A stretch of 64,000 nucleotides of DNA from Pseudobdellovibrionaceae bacterium (lineage in GTDB: Bacteria; Bdellovibrionota; Bdellovibrionia; Bdellovibrionales; UBA1609), in the NCBI GenBank assembly GCA_947444305.1, contig CANEZP010000008.1:86682-150681 (forward strand), written 5' to 3'. The notes beneath the pieces were generated by a model. That model had not been told where the DNA came from. It did no database searches and worked only from the letters and a program-made list of their open reading frames with translations. Made by a program: the position numbers and the translations under genes. Shown piece by piece: positions 35,262-44,864 of the stretch (within the stretch, counting starts at the first letter, position 1; every line of letters starts with the position of its first letter).

Positions 35262-36434
35262 ATGCTTAAGAATTTCCTTGTCCACATCGTATCGCTCGCC
35301 ATCGCTTTGCAATTCACCTTGGTGCTTCCGGTGAACGCCGCCGAAGATGAGACTCCCTCCGAACCCGTGGTGCCGATCTATCAATATAAAATCAATCCGG
35401 CGAGCCCCTCACCGATCCAGGAAATTCGCGTACTGGGTGGTGAAGCCAATTCCGTTGAAGAGCTTGAGGTCCTTCAAGAAGCGCTAACGAATAATAAACA
35501 GTTCGATGCCGTCACCATGGCCGAGCCCGATGAACCCACGGCCGTTCATCACTCCTTTAGAGAAAGGGCTAATCGATTATATTCCGAACTGAAAGCGCCG
35601 ATCCAGAGACGCGTTAAACTCTCTAGTCGCCATTTTGGGGATTGGTTTGTAAAAAACAGACTTCGCATTTCGATTGTCGCTATCGAAGTGATCACCGTTG
35701 CCGGTGTAAAGTACACCGAATTGCATTTTGGACCGCAGGCTTTTTCGCATTCGGTGGCCTTGACCGCCGGCATTTCAATGTCTGCGTTGATGGGCGTGGT
35801 CGACTGGAACACACCTCGCTTAATTCGATTTTTAACTACGACTTCGACTCCGGTACAGGCCGTGCTCGAACGAATCTCGAAGATGGCAGGAGATGAGCGC
35901 CAAGTGGCCCTGCACAAGACGCTGAGCACGGCTCATCAGTTTACCAAAAATGCGGGAATCAATTTAGCGATCTTCAGCGTTTTTAAAGCTATCCTACTCG
36001 CCACAACGCACGACGGGACCAATTTCGAGAACGCCTTGTGGGCGTTGCATGCGCTTGCGCCCGGCGAAGTCCTCGATTCCGTTAAATTGTCGGTTCTATC
36101 AACGGCCGTTTCATTCCCGACCACGATGGTCATCTTGGCGTACAACAAAAAGGCCAAGGCAAATGCCGATGGAAATTCGGAGGCGCTCGCGCAAGTGGCG
36201 AAAAATTCGATGACCATGATGTCCGCGGCTCTTACCTCGCGAGCACTTTTGTTCTCGTCGATCATCGTCGGCCAGCAGTTCCAATGGCAAACTTTGGAGC
36301 TCGCGGGATATTCGGGCCTCGGCGCAATATTCGTGGGAAGCATTTGGAAGCTTGTGTCCGACCTTACTAAGGCACGGCGCTTGGATTGTGCGAAGTCTTT
36401 AGCTAAAGAGCGTTCTCGCGTTCGCTCTCGGTAA
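35262..36434 (+). CDS. Membrane protein, unknown function
   Basis: I prefer ATG 35262 (MLKNFLVHIVSLAIALQFTLVLPVNA signal-like start) over the longest-ORF start 35163. Multiple TM segments in the C-terminal half. Confidence 0.5.
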   Translation: MLKNFLVHIVSLAIALQFTLVLPVNAAEDETPSEPVVPIYQYKINPASPSPIQEIRVLGGEANSVEELEVLQEALTNNKQFDAVTMAEPDEPTAVHHSFRERANRLYSELKAPIQRRVKLSSRHFGDWFVKNRLRISIVAIEVITVAGVKYTELHFGPQAFSHSVALTAGISMSALMGVVDWNTPRLIRFLTTTSTPVQAVLERISKMAGDERQVALHKTLSTAHQFTKNAGINLAIFSVFKAILLATTHDGTNFENALWALHALAPGEVLDSVKLSVLSTAVSFPTTMVILAYNKKAKANADGNSEALAQVAKNSMTMMSAALTSRALLFSSIIVGQQFQWQTLELAGYSGLGAIFVGSIWKLVSDLTKARRLDCAKSLAKERSRVRSR

Positions 36435-36774
36435 GCTTTCGTAGTGCGGTGAGCTCGCCCACCTGTTGGGGAAGATCATTAAATGCGGTGCGCCCGATAA
36501 AGAAATTCAGCGCCGTCTTTTGCACGATCCACTCTTGATCCGACTCAGGCAGTTGTCCGAACTCAACGGATTCCATTGCAAGACGCCTCACCTCTTGGCG
36601 AACGAGCTCATCGTCCATCGCGACCAAGGCGTTCTTATCATCTGTGGACTGGGAAGGAAGGGCTAAGATTTCGACGGGCGCGGCGTGAGCCACCGGGTTT
36701 TCGGTGCCCTTCATTAAGTAAGTCGTGAGGCTGATAACGACCATAAAGCTCGAAACGATTTCTAAGCGCATCAC
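36403..36774 (-). CDS. Hypothetical secreted protein
   Basis: 123 aa with a hydrophobic N-terminus. Overlaps the convergent gene by 32 nt. Confidence 0.4.
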   Translation of the reverse strand: MMRLEIVSSFMVVISLTTYLMKGTENPVAHAAPVEILALPSQSTDDKNALVAMDDELVRQEVRRLAMESVEFGQLPESDQEWIVQKTALNFFIGRTAFNDLPQQVGELTALRKLTESERENAL

Positions 36775-36979
36775 CTATTGTCGTTCATTTCGAAAGTTTC
36801 GAAAACCGGCAAATTTTTAATCACCTGATTTGGATCAGGTTGAGACGCTCCAACGAAAAAAATCAATCTAAAACATCTAATGTGAAGGACCGGGGCAAGG
36901 CTTTGCAGATTCTAGAGTCAGGCCGGCACTTTCTAATTTCTCATTTTACGAAAGGCTACTGAGCTGTAAAAAACCGGCG

Positions 36980-37633
36980 TCAGCCGCGGAATCGGCGATC
37001 CTTAATGGCGCCTGATTTATGGAAAGCGCGTATGATGGCCAAGGCATCGGCCTCCGCGCGATGGGCGCCGTAGCTAAACCCGTAGTGCCGACAGATCTTT
37101 TCTAGTCCGTAGCGTTCCAGGTTCGGATTGAACTTTTTGAAGTGCTTGCGAGAACAGAATCACTTGTTCGAATAGGTTTCGCCAACTCGCCGGAACTCGT
37201 TATTCAGGAAACCTTGGTCGAAGCGCGAATTCTGCGCGACTAACCTTCTTGTTTCCATGAAAGCTTTGATCTCCGCGGCCTGCTCCCGGAACGTTTTCGC
37301 TTCTAAGAGTGAATCATCCCGGATCTTATGAACTCGTAACGCTCCCGGATGACTTTTTCTTCCCTCGGGATTAACCAAGGCAACGTACTTAAGAAGGCGC
37401 CACTTCTCCGGCGAAACCTCCGTAAACTTGATGAGCGCGATTTCAATGATTCGATCATTCTCCGGATACGCACCGGTCGTCTCGGTATCGACAAAACAGA
37501 GTTTACCTATGTCCGGGCCAAAGTGTCCCCGAACATCTTGCAGAAGTTCGCGTTCGACCGGATCGATCACTTCATCCAATTCGGGTGAGGCCGGGTCGCA
37601 CAAATCGAAATTTAGGGAGTATTGATGATCCAC
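36980..37633 (-). pseudogene. DEDDh (DnaQ-like) 3'-5' exonuclease interrupted by a single in-frame TGA
   Basis: The 157-aa ORF carries Exo I (FVDTETTG) and Exo II (VAQNSRFDQGFL). It stops at TGA 37162-37160. The same frame continues FCSRKHFKKF...YGAHRAEADALAII (Exo III, HxxxxD) to TGA 36982-36980. Confidence 0.75.
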
Positions 37634-37803
37634 TTCAGATTAGATTAGATTAGCCATGAGAGAGTTCGCCCGCAAGGCATCACCTCACCGTCTGATAAAA
37701 AGCACGTGGCTGCCCGCTCGGCTGGACAATGTAGGCACAGTTTACACAAACCGAGTTCTGGTGATGACAAGATTTCGAAGTTTTCTTACAGGTTGCTTAT
37801 CGT

Positions 37804-38484
37804 ATGAGCTTTAAAGCGTTGATAATGTTTGCTTCAATTTATTATACCGCTACGGTACACGCGGTGAACTGCCGATCTTCACTGACCGAAAGTCAGGTGC
37901 AGCTTGAAATCATTATCGAAAAAGCTAGAGGTTACTATCAATTGGTTGATGCACTGGAAGGCAATCCTCAAGACGTTCAGGCATTGAATATGTTTGTCGA
38001 ATTTTTTGATTCTCATTCTGGTCTGGCCGCGCTTCAGCTTCCGCGCGCCATAAAAAGGCCGGAGTACCTCGACTTTCTGGAGAGGATTCTAAAAACAGAG
38101 ATGTCTCATCTAAAAGAGCAGATGAACGACGGTGATCGACAAACCCTGTTGTCGCGCCAGCGAGCGATTGTTTCGGCCATCATCTCCGCAGACACCGATT
38201 ATGCTTTTGATATCTTGATGCGCGCATTGGACTCAAACAACCCGTTCGTAGCTGAACCGGTGGCTTTCAGTTTAGATTCCGTTGGAAGATCAGATTTGAG
38301 GGCTAGGGCACTCGTCAAGGCCGCGAGTAGTCCAATTGCCGCAATTCGAAGAGGGGCCGCGGTCAGTATTCGAAACCTGGTCGCGCCCCAAAGCGAAGAA
38401 ATTGAAAATATTTGGCAGGATCTTGCAAAAGATAATGACGAGACGGTCCGCATGCAAACAGCGTTTACGCGCGGACGCGATTAA
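37804..38484 (+). CDS. Secreted alpha-helical repeat (HEAT-like) protein
   Basis: 226 aa. Signal peptide. C-terminal segments ...SSPIAAIRRGAAVSIRNL... and DNDETVRMQTAF resemble HEAT repeats. Tentative. Confidence 0.45.
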   Translation: MSFKALIMFASIYYTATVHAVNCRSSLTESQVQLEIIIEKARGYYQLVDALEGNPQDVQALNMFVEFFDSHSGLAALQLPRAIKRPEYLDFLERILKTEMSHLKEQMNDGDRQTLLSRQRAIVSAIISADTDYAFDILMRALDSNNPFVAEPVAFSLDSVGRSDLRARALVKAASSPIAAIRRGAAVSIRNLVAPQSEEIENIWQDLAKDNDETVRMQTAFTRGRD

Positions 38485-38488
38485 ATCA

Positions 38489-39310
38489 CTACTCGCAAAA
38501 ACGAGTGATCAAAGGTGAAAGTTCCACGCGCCGTTTAAGCGCATCCGCTTTCATGTCTTCGCAATCGGCCGTGATTTCGGTTTCCGCCGTTGAAAACGTG
38601 TCGGACACTTGCTTGGCGATGTCATGCTCAACTTTTTTAGATTGAAGGCATGAGCTTATCTTAGAAATTTCGGCCTTGGTGGTGTTTTGCTCCAGCGCGG
38701 TCTTCGGCGAGAAGTTAATATCTTTAGCGTCGGTTACAAATTTGCCACGCACACGCTTCTCGATATTCAAGGAGTAGAGATACACTTTACTCGTATCATT
38801 CGGACGGATGCTGGGATGAACCGGTCGGTAGCCGGCGATGTTGATATTGATCTGTACGCGCAAGGATTGATCGGCGGGGCCAACGCACGATTCAACTTTT
38901 TGGGCGTCATAAAGACAGTACGCTTCGAGCGAAAGGCCGATCGCCTTCAAACTCTCGGCGCTGGCGATCAGCTTGCGAAAGAACTCAAGAGCTGAGTCAC
39001 GGTACAAAGTGTGATCCTTGTGAGTGCGGGCAATCTGCTCGAGGTTCTGCACCTCTTTAGCCGCCAGGTCTAATTCCTGCCGCAAGTTAACGTCACAAGG
39101 AAGATAGGTTTTCGAGCCGCCGCTAAAATATCTATACTCTTTGAGATAAACGAGCCCGGTCTTCTCGGCGAGTCGCTCTTCCATCTTGCTTTGCCGTTCG
39201 AGCAGGACCGGGTCCGGGCTTTTGATCATCTCGGTCGGCTTCTTTTTGTTGTCGCAAGCCGAGATCGAAAGAGCACACACCGCTAAAAGCAAAATCATTT
39301 TTTTATCCAC
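38489..39310 (-). CDS. Lipoprotein, unknown function
   Basis: 273 aa. Lipobox LSISAC. Confidence 0.55.
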   Translation of the reverse strand: MDKKMILLLAVCALSISACDNKKKPTEMIKSPDPVLLERQSKMEERLAEKTGLVYLKEYRYFSGGSKTYLPCDVNLRQELDLAAKEVQNLEQIARTHKDHTLYRDSALEFFRKLIASAESLKAIGLSLEAYCLYDAQKVESCVGPADQSLRVQININIAGYRPVHPSIRPNDTSKVYLYSLNIEKRVRGKFVTDAKDINFSPKTALEQNTTKAEISKISSCLQSKKVEHDIAKQVSDTFSTAETEITADCEDMKADALKRRVELSPLITRFCE

Positions 39311-39386
39311 GAGCGACTCCGTCGTAAGGTTCGGGAGACTTCAATCGCAATACGGAGGCCATACTCTGCTCGCGTATATCGCCACT

Positions 39387-39409
39387 GCCGCCTCTGGGCG
39401 GTATTTTTT
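39387..39409 (+). terminator. Orphan Rho-independent-terminator-like hairpin
   Basis: ccgcc-tctg-ggcgg followed by tatttttt on the plus strand. There is no plus-strand gene upstream. Confidence 0.35.
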
Positions 39410-39625
39410 GCAGAATGATGTGCGAGATTGGACCTCGCGATGAGTGACAATTAATGGCGTGAAGCGGCTCACGGCGTAAATTAGATGGACGTGCCTCCCG
39501 CTTTTTAATCCTCGCAAACTTGAATAAGGCTTAGATTGTGAACCGTGCTTGTTCCTTGATGATGATTTGGGAACTTTTCTTTTCAGTGTGCAGCAGGGGT
39601 GCAGGCACGGCGGCGACTTAAAATA

Positions 39626-40711
39626 CTAAGGAATACAGTGCTCTTTCTTTACCGAGCAGCTTTTAATTGTATCATCCTCCTGGCCGATGATGCAGTTGCA
39701 GACTTCCTGAGAAGATGAGGATTTTCCAACGATCCGCATTTTCCGGTAGATATATGATTCTTCGTCTTCGGCAGGTTCTTTTGATTCGATTTCTATCGGC
39801 CGTGCCGTGAAATCTGAAATCGTAAACCGCGCTGACCGGGAGTATCTACCCGCACCGCCGGTCACACAACCGACGGTGAACTGTTTTTTTATTTTTAGAT
39901 CCGGCTCCGGATTGCAGAGGCTCTCGCCGCCGTAACCCTCAATTTTCAAATTACTAAAGTTGGATTTTTGGGGATCATAAAGCCAGATCGCATAATTAGT
40001 GTCATTGTGGATCCGTAGCTCTGTTCGCACGGCAATGTCTTTATACCCGTCACCATCATAATCTTTATCCGTGGACCACCAGTCGATATGGTTCGACATC
40101 TCGAAAAAATCTGTCTTCAATTCCTGCTCGTAATCATTTAGAGCTTGAAGTGCTTTGGTAGGATGGCTGGGATCGACAATAATGAAAGAAGATATTTCGC
40201 CATCTTTTTGAATCATATCGATTCGAAGGGGCTTTACCTTCCGGCCTATTCTATCCAATTGCATGTGTATAAGCTGTTGAGTGTCGATCTTTTTCCTCGG
40301 TTGCAATTTGATCGTTCCAAGTGCTCCTCGTGAAGGTTTCCAGTTGCCCTCCACCGATCCTTCTTTTATTTGAATCGCCCATGTTCCACCCGTAGGGTTT
40401 CCGCCTTCAAACTCTTCAACCGCGATGTTCGGAGAATCGCCCTCCCGTTTTCCAATAATACGAATGGGCTTTAAAGTCTTCTCGTAGTAATAAAAACCCA
40501 ATAAAGATCTTGGCTTTCCATTCTCGTATTCAACCTCGAAGTGAGCCGTAACGGGGAGCTTTTGATCCGGGATTGAAATCTCGCCATCAAGGTGAAATCG
40601 CTTTTCATCAGCGCGAGCGAAGTTTGACGATATCGTGATCGCAAGAATTAAAAACAAAGGTAACTTCGAGCTCAACCGGTAACGATTTGTTTCCATCTTG
40701 CCCCCTTCCAA
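39626..40711 (-). CDS. Secreted protein, unknown function (DxDGDG Ca-binding-like motif)
   Basis: 361 aa. Signal peptide. DKDYDGDGYKD motif. Several C-terminal Cys. Confidence 0.55.
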   Translation of the reverse strand: MEGGKMETNRYRLSSKLPLFLILAITISSNFARADEKRFHLDGEISIPDQKLPVTAHFEVEYENGKPRSLLGFYYYEKTLKPIRIIGKREGDSPNIAVEEFEGGNPTGGTWAIQIKEGSVEGNWKPSRGALGTIKLQPRKKIDTQQLIHMQLDRIGRKVKPLRIDMIQKDGEISSFIIVDPSHPTKALQALNDYEQELKTDFFEMSNHIDWWSTDKDYDGDGYKDIAVRTELRIHNDTNYAIWLYDPQKSNFSNLKIEGYGGESLCNPEPDLKIKKQFTVGCVTGGAGRYSRSARFTISDFTARPIEIESKEPAEDEESYIYRKMRIVGKSSSSQEVCNCIIGQEDDTIKSCSVKKEHCIP

Positions 40712-40847
40712 TAAATTAGTTCAGTCCGTAGGGAAGATCAATTGAGACCATGGCGGCCTAGTCTGGGGTGAGGCCATTAGATCCTCTTTCGACGTTAGCC
40801 AAAGATTCGTTAGTGACCGGCGATTATCCCCGCTTTACGCTAAGAAA

Positions 40848-41546
40848 ATGAAAGCGCCTCATCATATTTCTTCGCTAACGAACGGCCGGGCCGAGATGTT
40901 CACGACCGATCTTGGATTAGCCGCTTATCAAGGTAAAGCCGACGAGATCAAGCGAGCGCTCGAAAAAGGGGTTGATTGGGCAACTGAAGGTGAATTTCTA
41001 TTAAGCTCAGCCATCTTTGGGCATCAATGGCAAATCGCCCGGGAAATTTTAAGGGCCGGGATGCCGATTTCCGATTCAACCTACAAAATGATTTATTACT
41101 GGGCAGACCACTCGCTGCTCGATGAACTGCCGTCACGCCCGGATATCCTTGAACCGTTGCAATTAGATGGTCAGAAGACCGACTTCTTTAAGGCGGTCAT
41201 CGACGAAAACTTGGAAACGGCCCGCATCCTATTTCGAGCCGAATGGGTAAACGCCGAATCCGACATCCTAGCTGATCGTGTCTCCAGAAACCCACTGCAC
41301 TACGCTGCACGAAGATGCCATTTCGAACTGATTCGATTCCTTCTGATGTCAGGAGCCGATGTGAATGCTTTAACCGGCGACGGCCAAAGTGCGCTCACGC
41401 TCGTTTCTCGTTGCGCAACCGTCGATCGACGTACACGCAGGCTATGCTTCAAACTTGTTCGCTCCTTCGGGGGCGAAATGGTTCCGCCGGTAAAGAGCTG
41501 GTTTGAAAAGTGGCGTCTGTCCCGGGGCAATTGGAGCTCCTCTTAG
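40848..41546 (+). CDS. Ankyrin-repeat protein
   Basis: 232 aa. NPLHYAARRCHFELIRFLLMSGADVNALTGDGQSALTL is a canonical ANK repeat, with weaker repeats upstream. No signal peptide. Confidence 0.75.
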   Translation: MKAPHHISSLTNGRAEMFTTDLGLAAYQGKADEIKRALEKGVDWATEGEFLLSSAIFGHQWQIAREILRAGMPISDSTYKMIYYWADHSLLDELPSRPDILEPLQLDGQKTDFFKAVIDENLETARILFRAEWVNAESDILADRVSRNPLHYAARRCHFELIRFLLMSGADVNALTGDGQSALTLVSRCATVDRRTRRLCFKLVRSFGGEMVPPVKSWFEKWRLSRGNWSSS

Positions 41547-41555
41547 AAGCCCTCC

Positions 41556-41771
41556 CTATTCACGGCAGCGAAGCTCGATCAACACGCCCGAAAGATCTTG
41601 GACAAAGCTTTGGTATCCGTAAAGCCCGTGACGAGACGGTGCTTTGATTTCCCGCATGCCTTCTAAGATAAGTTCTTTGTGAAGCTTCACCACATCCGGC
41701 GTTATGATCATCTTCTCAAATTTAGAAACGGCGATGGTCTCGTGTTCAGTATCCAATAGAAGCTCCCCCAC
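41556..41771 (-). CDS. Short ORF, possible VOC/glyoxalase-fold fragment
   Basis: 71 aa. The C-terminal GLYGYQSFVQDLSGVLIELR resembles a VOC beta-strand pattern. Too short for a full domain. Confidence 0.3.
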   Translation of the reverse strand: MGELLLDTEHETIAVSKFEKMIITPDVVKLHKELILEGMREIKAPSRHGLYGYQSFVQDLSGVLIELRCRE

Positions 41772-42105
41772 ATCTAAAGCAACTATCCGTATTCAACATC
41801 CGGGGGGAGGTGCAGTCAGTAAACTCAGGTAGAAACCGTGTCCAAAATAGTGTGTGGAGATTTCTATCAGCTTATTTTGAAGGCACGTAGCGCAGGGCAA
41901 TTACGCCCGAGGAAAATTCGTGCCGGCTCACTGCCAACGTACAAACCTTTGCCCGATTAAGCTTTCAAATCACAAATGGTTTTTTCAAGCTGATGACCAC
42001 GCACGAACCAAAAATACGGCGGTGCGTGCACGGTGCGCCGGAGGCCTTGGCACGGTTGGTGCTGTTCTAAGCGTCTTCACGCAGAGTTTCAGCCCAGGAG
42101 GCCAC

Positions 42106-42315
42106 ATGTCAGATTCATCGCCCTCGATCGCCGAAGAAGTAAAAAAAGACAACGAGCAAAACCGTGGAGCAAAGACGGATGACGTTCCAGGAGTTCGTGG
42201 CCCCCAAGCGAATGATAAGGGCAAAGAGACCGACGGCGCCACTTCACCGACGAACTGGAATCGGTTCGCGCAGTCGTCTACGGAACCGAATCCAAAAGAC
42301 CCGAAGGATGCCTAA
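42106..42315 (+). CDS. Small hydrophilic, probably disordered protein
   Basis: ATG 42106 lies 5 nt after AGGAGG. 69 aa rich in D/E/K/P/N. The longest-ORF start (41920) lacks an RBS. Confidence 0.5.
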   Translation: MSDSSPSIAEEVKKDNEQNRGAKTDDVPGVRGPQANDKGKETDGATSPTNWNRFAQSSTEPNPKDPKDA

Positions 42316-44864
42316 GCGTTCGTGACCGGCCGCTCGGTTTTCTTTACGCTGCGGTATTCACCGCGTATGCCGATTGGTCCCTCGCCGAGTCCGTAATTTT
42401 CTTTGACCTTTAGCTCGCCCAAGATTTGCGCGGCGGATTTCTTGCCGCTGATCAAATCTTGGTAGCTCGCGATCTTCGCGATGAGCTCTGCCCCGCGCTC
42501 GTACAAGGCTTCGAAGCGAACCGAGCCGAGGTGCTGGGTCTTCCATTCCGCAAACTGCGAGGCCGCCGACTGGGCGACGGCGTTGTACATGGTGTTGCGG
42601 CATTCGGAGTCGGCTTTGATTTGGTGCCGGTTGCCGAATTCGTCTTTCAATTCCACGCGGTGCTTTTCGCAAGGCTTACCGCAATCGCGGAATGAGCTGC
42701 CTTTGCTGAGCATCGACGCGAACACGCAATGCTCCATGTGGAAGGCCGGCATGTACTGGTGAATGGTCACTTCAATCCGCCCCGCCTCCGCGGTTTGCAA
42801 AAGCTCATTCACCTGCTTGGCGTTCAGATCATAAGAAGCCGTAACCGTCGAAAGACCTTTCTCTAAAAGATACTGTGCGGTCAGGTGATTGGCGACGTTG
42901 AGGCTGAAGTCGCCGCGAAGTTCGCCGGCGTAGGGTTTCACTTTGGTGAAATAATAAAGGGCCCCAAGGTTCCTGATAAGTATCACGTCGGGCTGAAGTT
43001 GCTCGATGCGTTTGAAATGCATGTACTCGTTCGGCTTCAAGATCCGGTTCGTCGCGATGCCGCAACGGAGGCCCGCGCTTTTGAGCTTCGCGATGCTAGC
43101 TTCGTAATCGCGGCCGAACTCAAAATCTAAAATCACGCAGGCGACGTGGTCCCGGGCTACCCGTCCCGCTTCCAGGCCTTCGAGCAAATCTATAACCTGT
43201 CCCATCTCCCGCAAAAGGATGTTGAAGCGCGGAGATTCGCTCGGTACTTCAGCGCGCGAACCCCGCTGATCTTCCGACCATCGAAGCATTTCCTCGCTGC
43301 TCGCTACCGACGTATCGTCACCCCAGACGCGGTTCTGCCGGCGGGCCGCTTCGAGCTTCGTGGAAAGTTCACGACGGATTTCTTTTAACTCCTTATGCGA
43401 ATAAAAGATGGGTGAAGATTCGAAACGTTCCACCTTAAAAGATTTGATTTGAAATGGTGTCGCGCCAAGCGCGCCCAGTTCTGATTTTAAAAACTCATCG
43501 TCAACCGCCCGTTTTTGGGCAGGCTCTACCGAAGTCTTTCCTTCGACCACGCAATTTACGCGGCCGTCCGACATTTCGACCCGTAAAGGTTTGCCGATCT
43601 GCACGTGGACCACGACGGCCACGTCGATATTTTTTAAGGAGTGCCGGTCTTGAAACGATTTATTCAGATCTTTTTTCTGCGCGGCTACGCTGTTCAGAAA
43701 AACGCGCGCGCCCGCGGCGATCTGATTCACGTCGATCTTGTTCGCGAATTCAATTTGGACTTTGCGGTCACCGTATTGAGTAACGCCGTAGATCTGCGCG
43801 CCGGACTCTGCACCTTCGCGGTTAATCCACAAGACTCCGTCACCGGCGGCGAGCGTGGTCTTTTCGGCAAGTTCAATCATCATCGAATTGACCGACACGA
43901 ACTTAACTTTTCCGATCTCGAGCCCGCGGTGAGCTTTGCCGGTGCCCTCGACCAAACGTTGATGATCAACGCCGTGGAGCCAGCCCGGGAAAAACCCGCG
44001 CGAATAGGTCGTCGACAATTTCTTCCGGCTCAATGCAACTTCGGAAGGCGTTAACGCGCGCGACGAGCGATGACGATCAATCGCCTGCCGGTATTCTTGG
44101 GCCGCGGCCGCGACGTACTCGGGAGATTTCAAGCGGCCTTCGATCTTAAATGAACCGACGCCAATTTCGATGAGCTCTGGAATTTCAGCCACGCCGCAAA
44201 GATCGCTCGGCGACACGACATACTTTTTATCGAGCGTGCCCAACGGCTTACCGTCGACGCTCACTTCGTAACCGAAGCGGCAGCTCTGCGCACATTGCCC
44301 GCGGTTGGCCGAGCGGCCCCCGATCGATTCCGAAGTAAAGCACTGCCCCGAATACGAAACGCAAAGCGCCCCGTGCACAAAAACTTCGAGGTCTTTATCG
44401 GGCGCAGAGTTTTTAATCGATTTGATTTCGGGAATAGAATTCTCACGCCCGAGCACGAACCGGCGAAAATTCAAATCTTCAACCAGGTGAATCGCTTCGT
44501 GGCTCGTCACCGTCATTTGGGTGGAGGCGTGAATCACTTGATCGGGCGCCATCTGCCTAACGAGCTTAGCTAAGCCCAAATCTTGAATGATGAGCGCGTC
44601 GGGCTTTAACGGCAGCACCGACTCCAAAGCTTTGATGACGGATTCAATCTCGCCCGGGAAAATTAAAATGTTTAACGCGAGATGCGCGCGCACGCCGTAG
44701 AGATGGCAAGTCTCGATGATCTCGCGCAGCTCTTGCGTGTCAAAGTCTTGCGATCGGCCGCGGGCGTTAAAATGCGGGAAACCAACGTAGATCGCGTCGG
44801 CCCCGTTATGAATCGCGGCCAAAGCCATTTGCATATTGCCGACCGGAAGTAACAACTCACTCAT
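42312..44864 (-). CDS. Two-module U32-family protein (RlhA/YdcP-like architecture)
   Basis: 850 aa. N-terminal U32 core with CVSYSGQC-x15-CAQSC (Cx6Cx15Cx3C). Second module with HCVFASMLSKGSSFRDCGKPC. Confidence 0.9.
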   Translation of the reverse strand: MSELLLPVGNMQMALAAIHNGADAIYVGFPHFNARGRSQDFDTQELREIIETCHLYGVRAHLALNILIFPGEIESVIKALESVLPLKPDALIIQDLGLAKLVRQMAPDQVIHASTQMTVTSHEAIHLVEDLNFRRFVLGRENSIPEIKSIKNSAPDKDLEVFVHGALCVSYSGQCFTSESIGGRSANRGQCAQSCRFGYEVSVDGKPLGTLDKKYVVSPSDLCGVAEIPELIEIGVGSFKIEGRLKSPEYVAAAAQEYRQAIDRHRSSRALTPSEVALSRKKLSTTYSRGFFPGWLHGVDHQRLVEGTGKAHRGLEIGKVKFVSVNSMMIELAEKTTLAAGDGVLWINREGAESGAQIYGVTQYGDRKVQIEFANKIDVNQIAAGARVFLNSVAAQKKDLNKSFQDRHSLKNIDVAVVVHVQIGKPLRVEMSDGRVNCVVEGKTSVEPAQKRAVDDEFLKSELGALGATPFQIKSFKVERFESSPIFYSHKELKEIRRELSTKLEAARRQNRVWGDDTSVASSEEMLRWSEDQRGSRAEVPSESPRFNILLREMGQVIDLLEGLEAGRVARDHVACVILDFEFGRDYEASIAKLKSAGLRCGIATNRILKPNEYMHFKRIEQLQPDVILIRNLGALYYFTKVKPYAGELRGDFSLNVANHLTAQYLLEKGLSTVTASYDLNAKQVNELLQTAEAGRIEVTIHQYMPAFHMEHCVFASMLSKGSSFRDCGKPCEKHRVELKDEFGNRHQIKADSECRNTMYNAVAQSAASQFAEWKTQHLGSVRFEALYERGAELIAKIASYQDLISGKKSAAQILGELKVKENYGLGEGPIGIRGEYRSVKKTERPVTNA

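Noticed and set aside
37160-37162. The in-frame TGA of the exonuclease as selenocysteine or as evidence of an alternative genetic code
   Set aside because: TGA terminates many well-supported genes in this window. The position is not a conserved Cys/redox site in DEDDh exonucleases, and I saw no obvious SECIS-like hairpin. A recent nonsense mutation or a sequencing error is more likely, so it is kept only as a question in the findings.
41920-42105. N-terminal 62-codon extension of the small hydrophilic protein ORF
   Set aside because: The strong AGGAGG-N5-ATG at 42106 argues for the shorter product, and the extension has no RBS.
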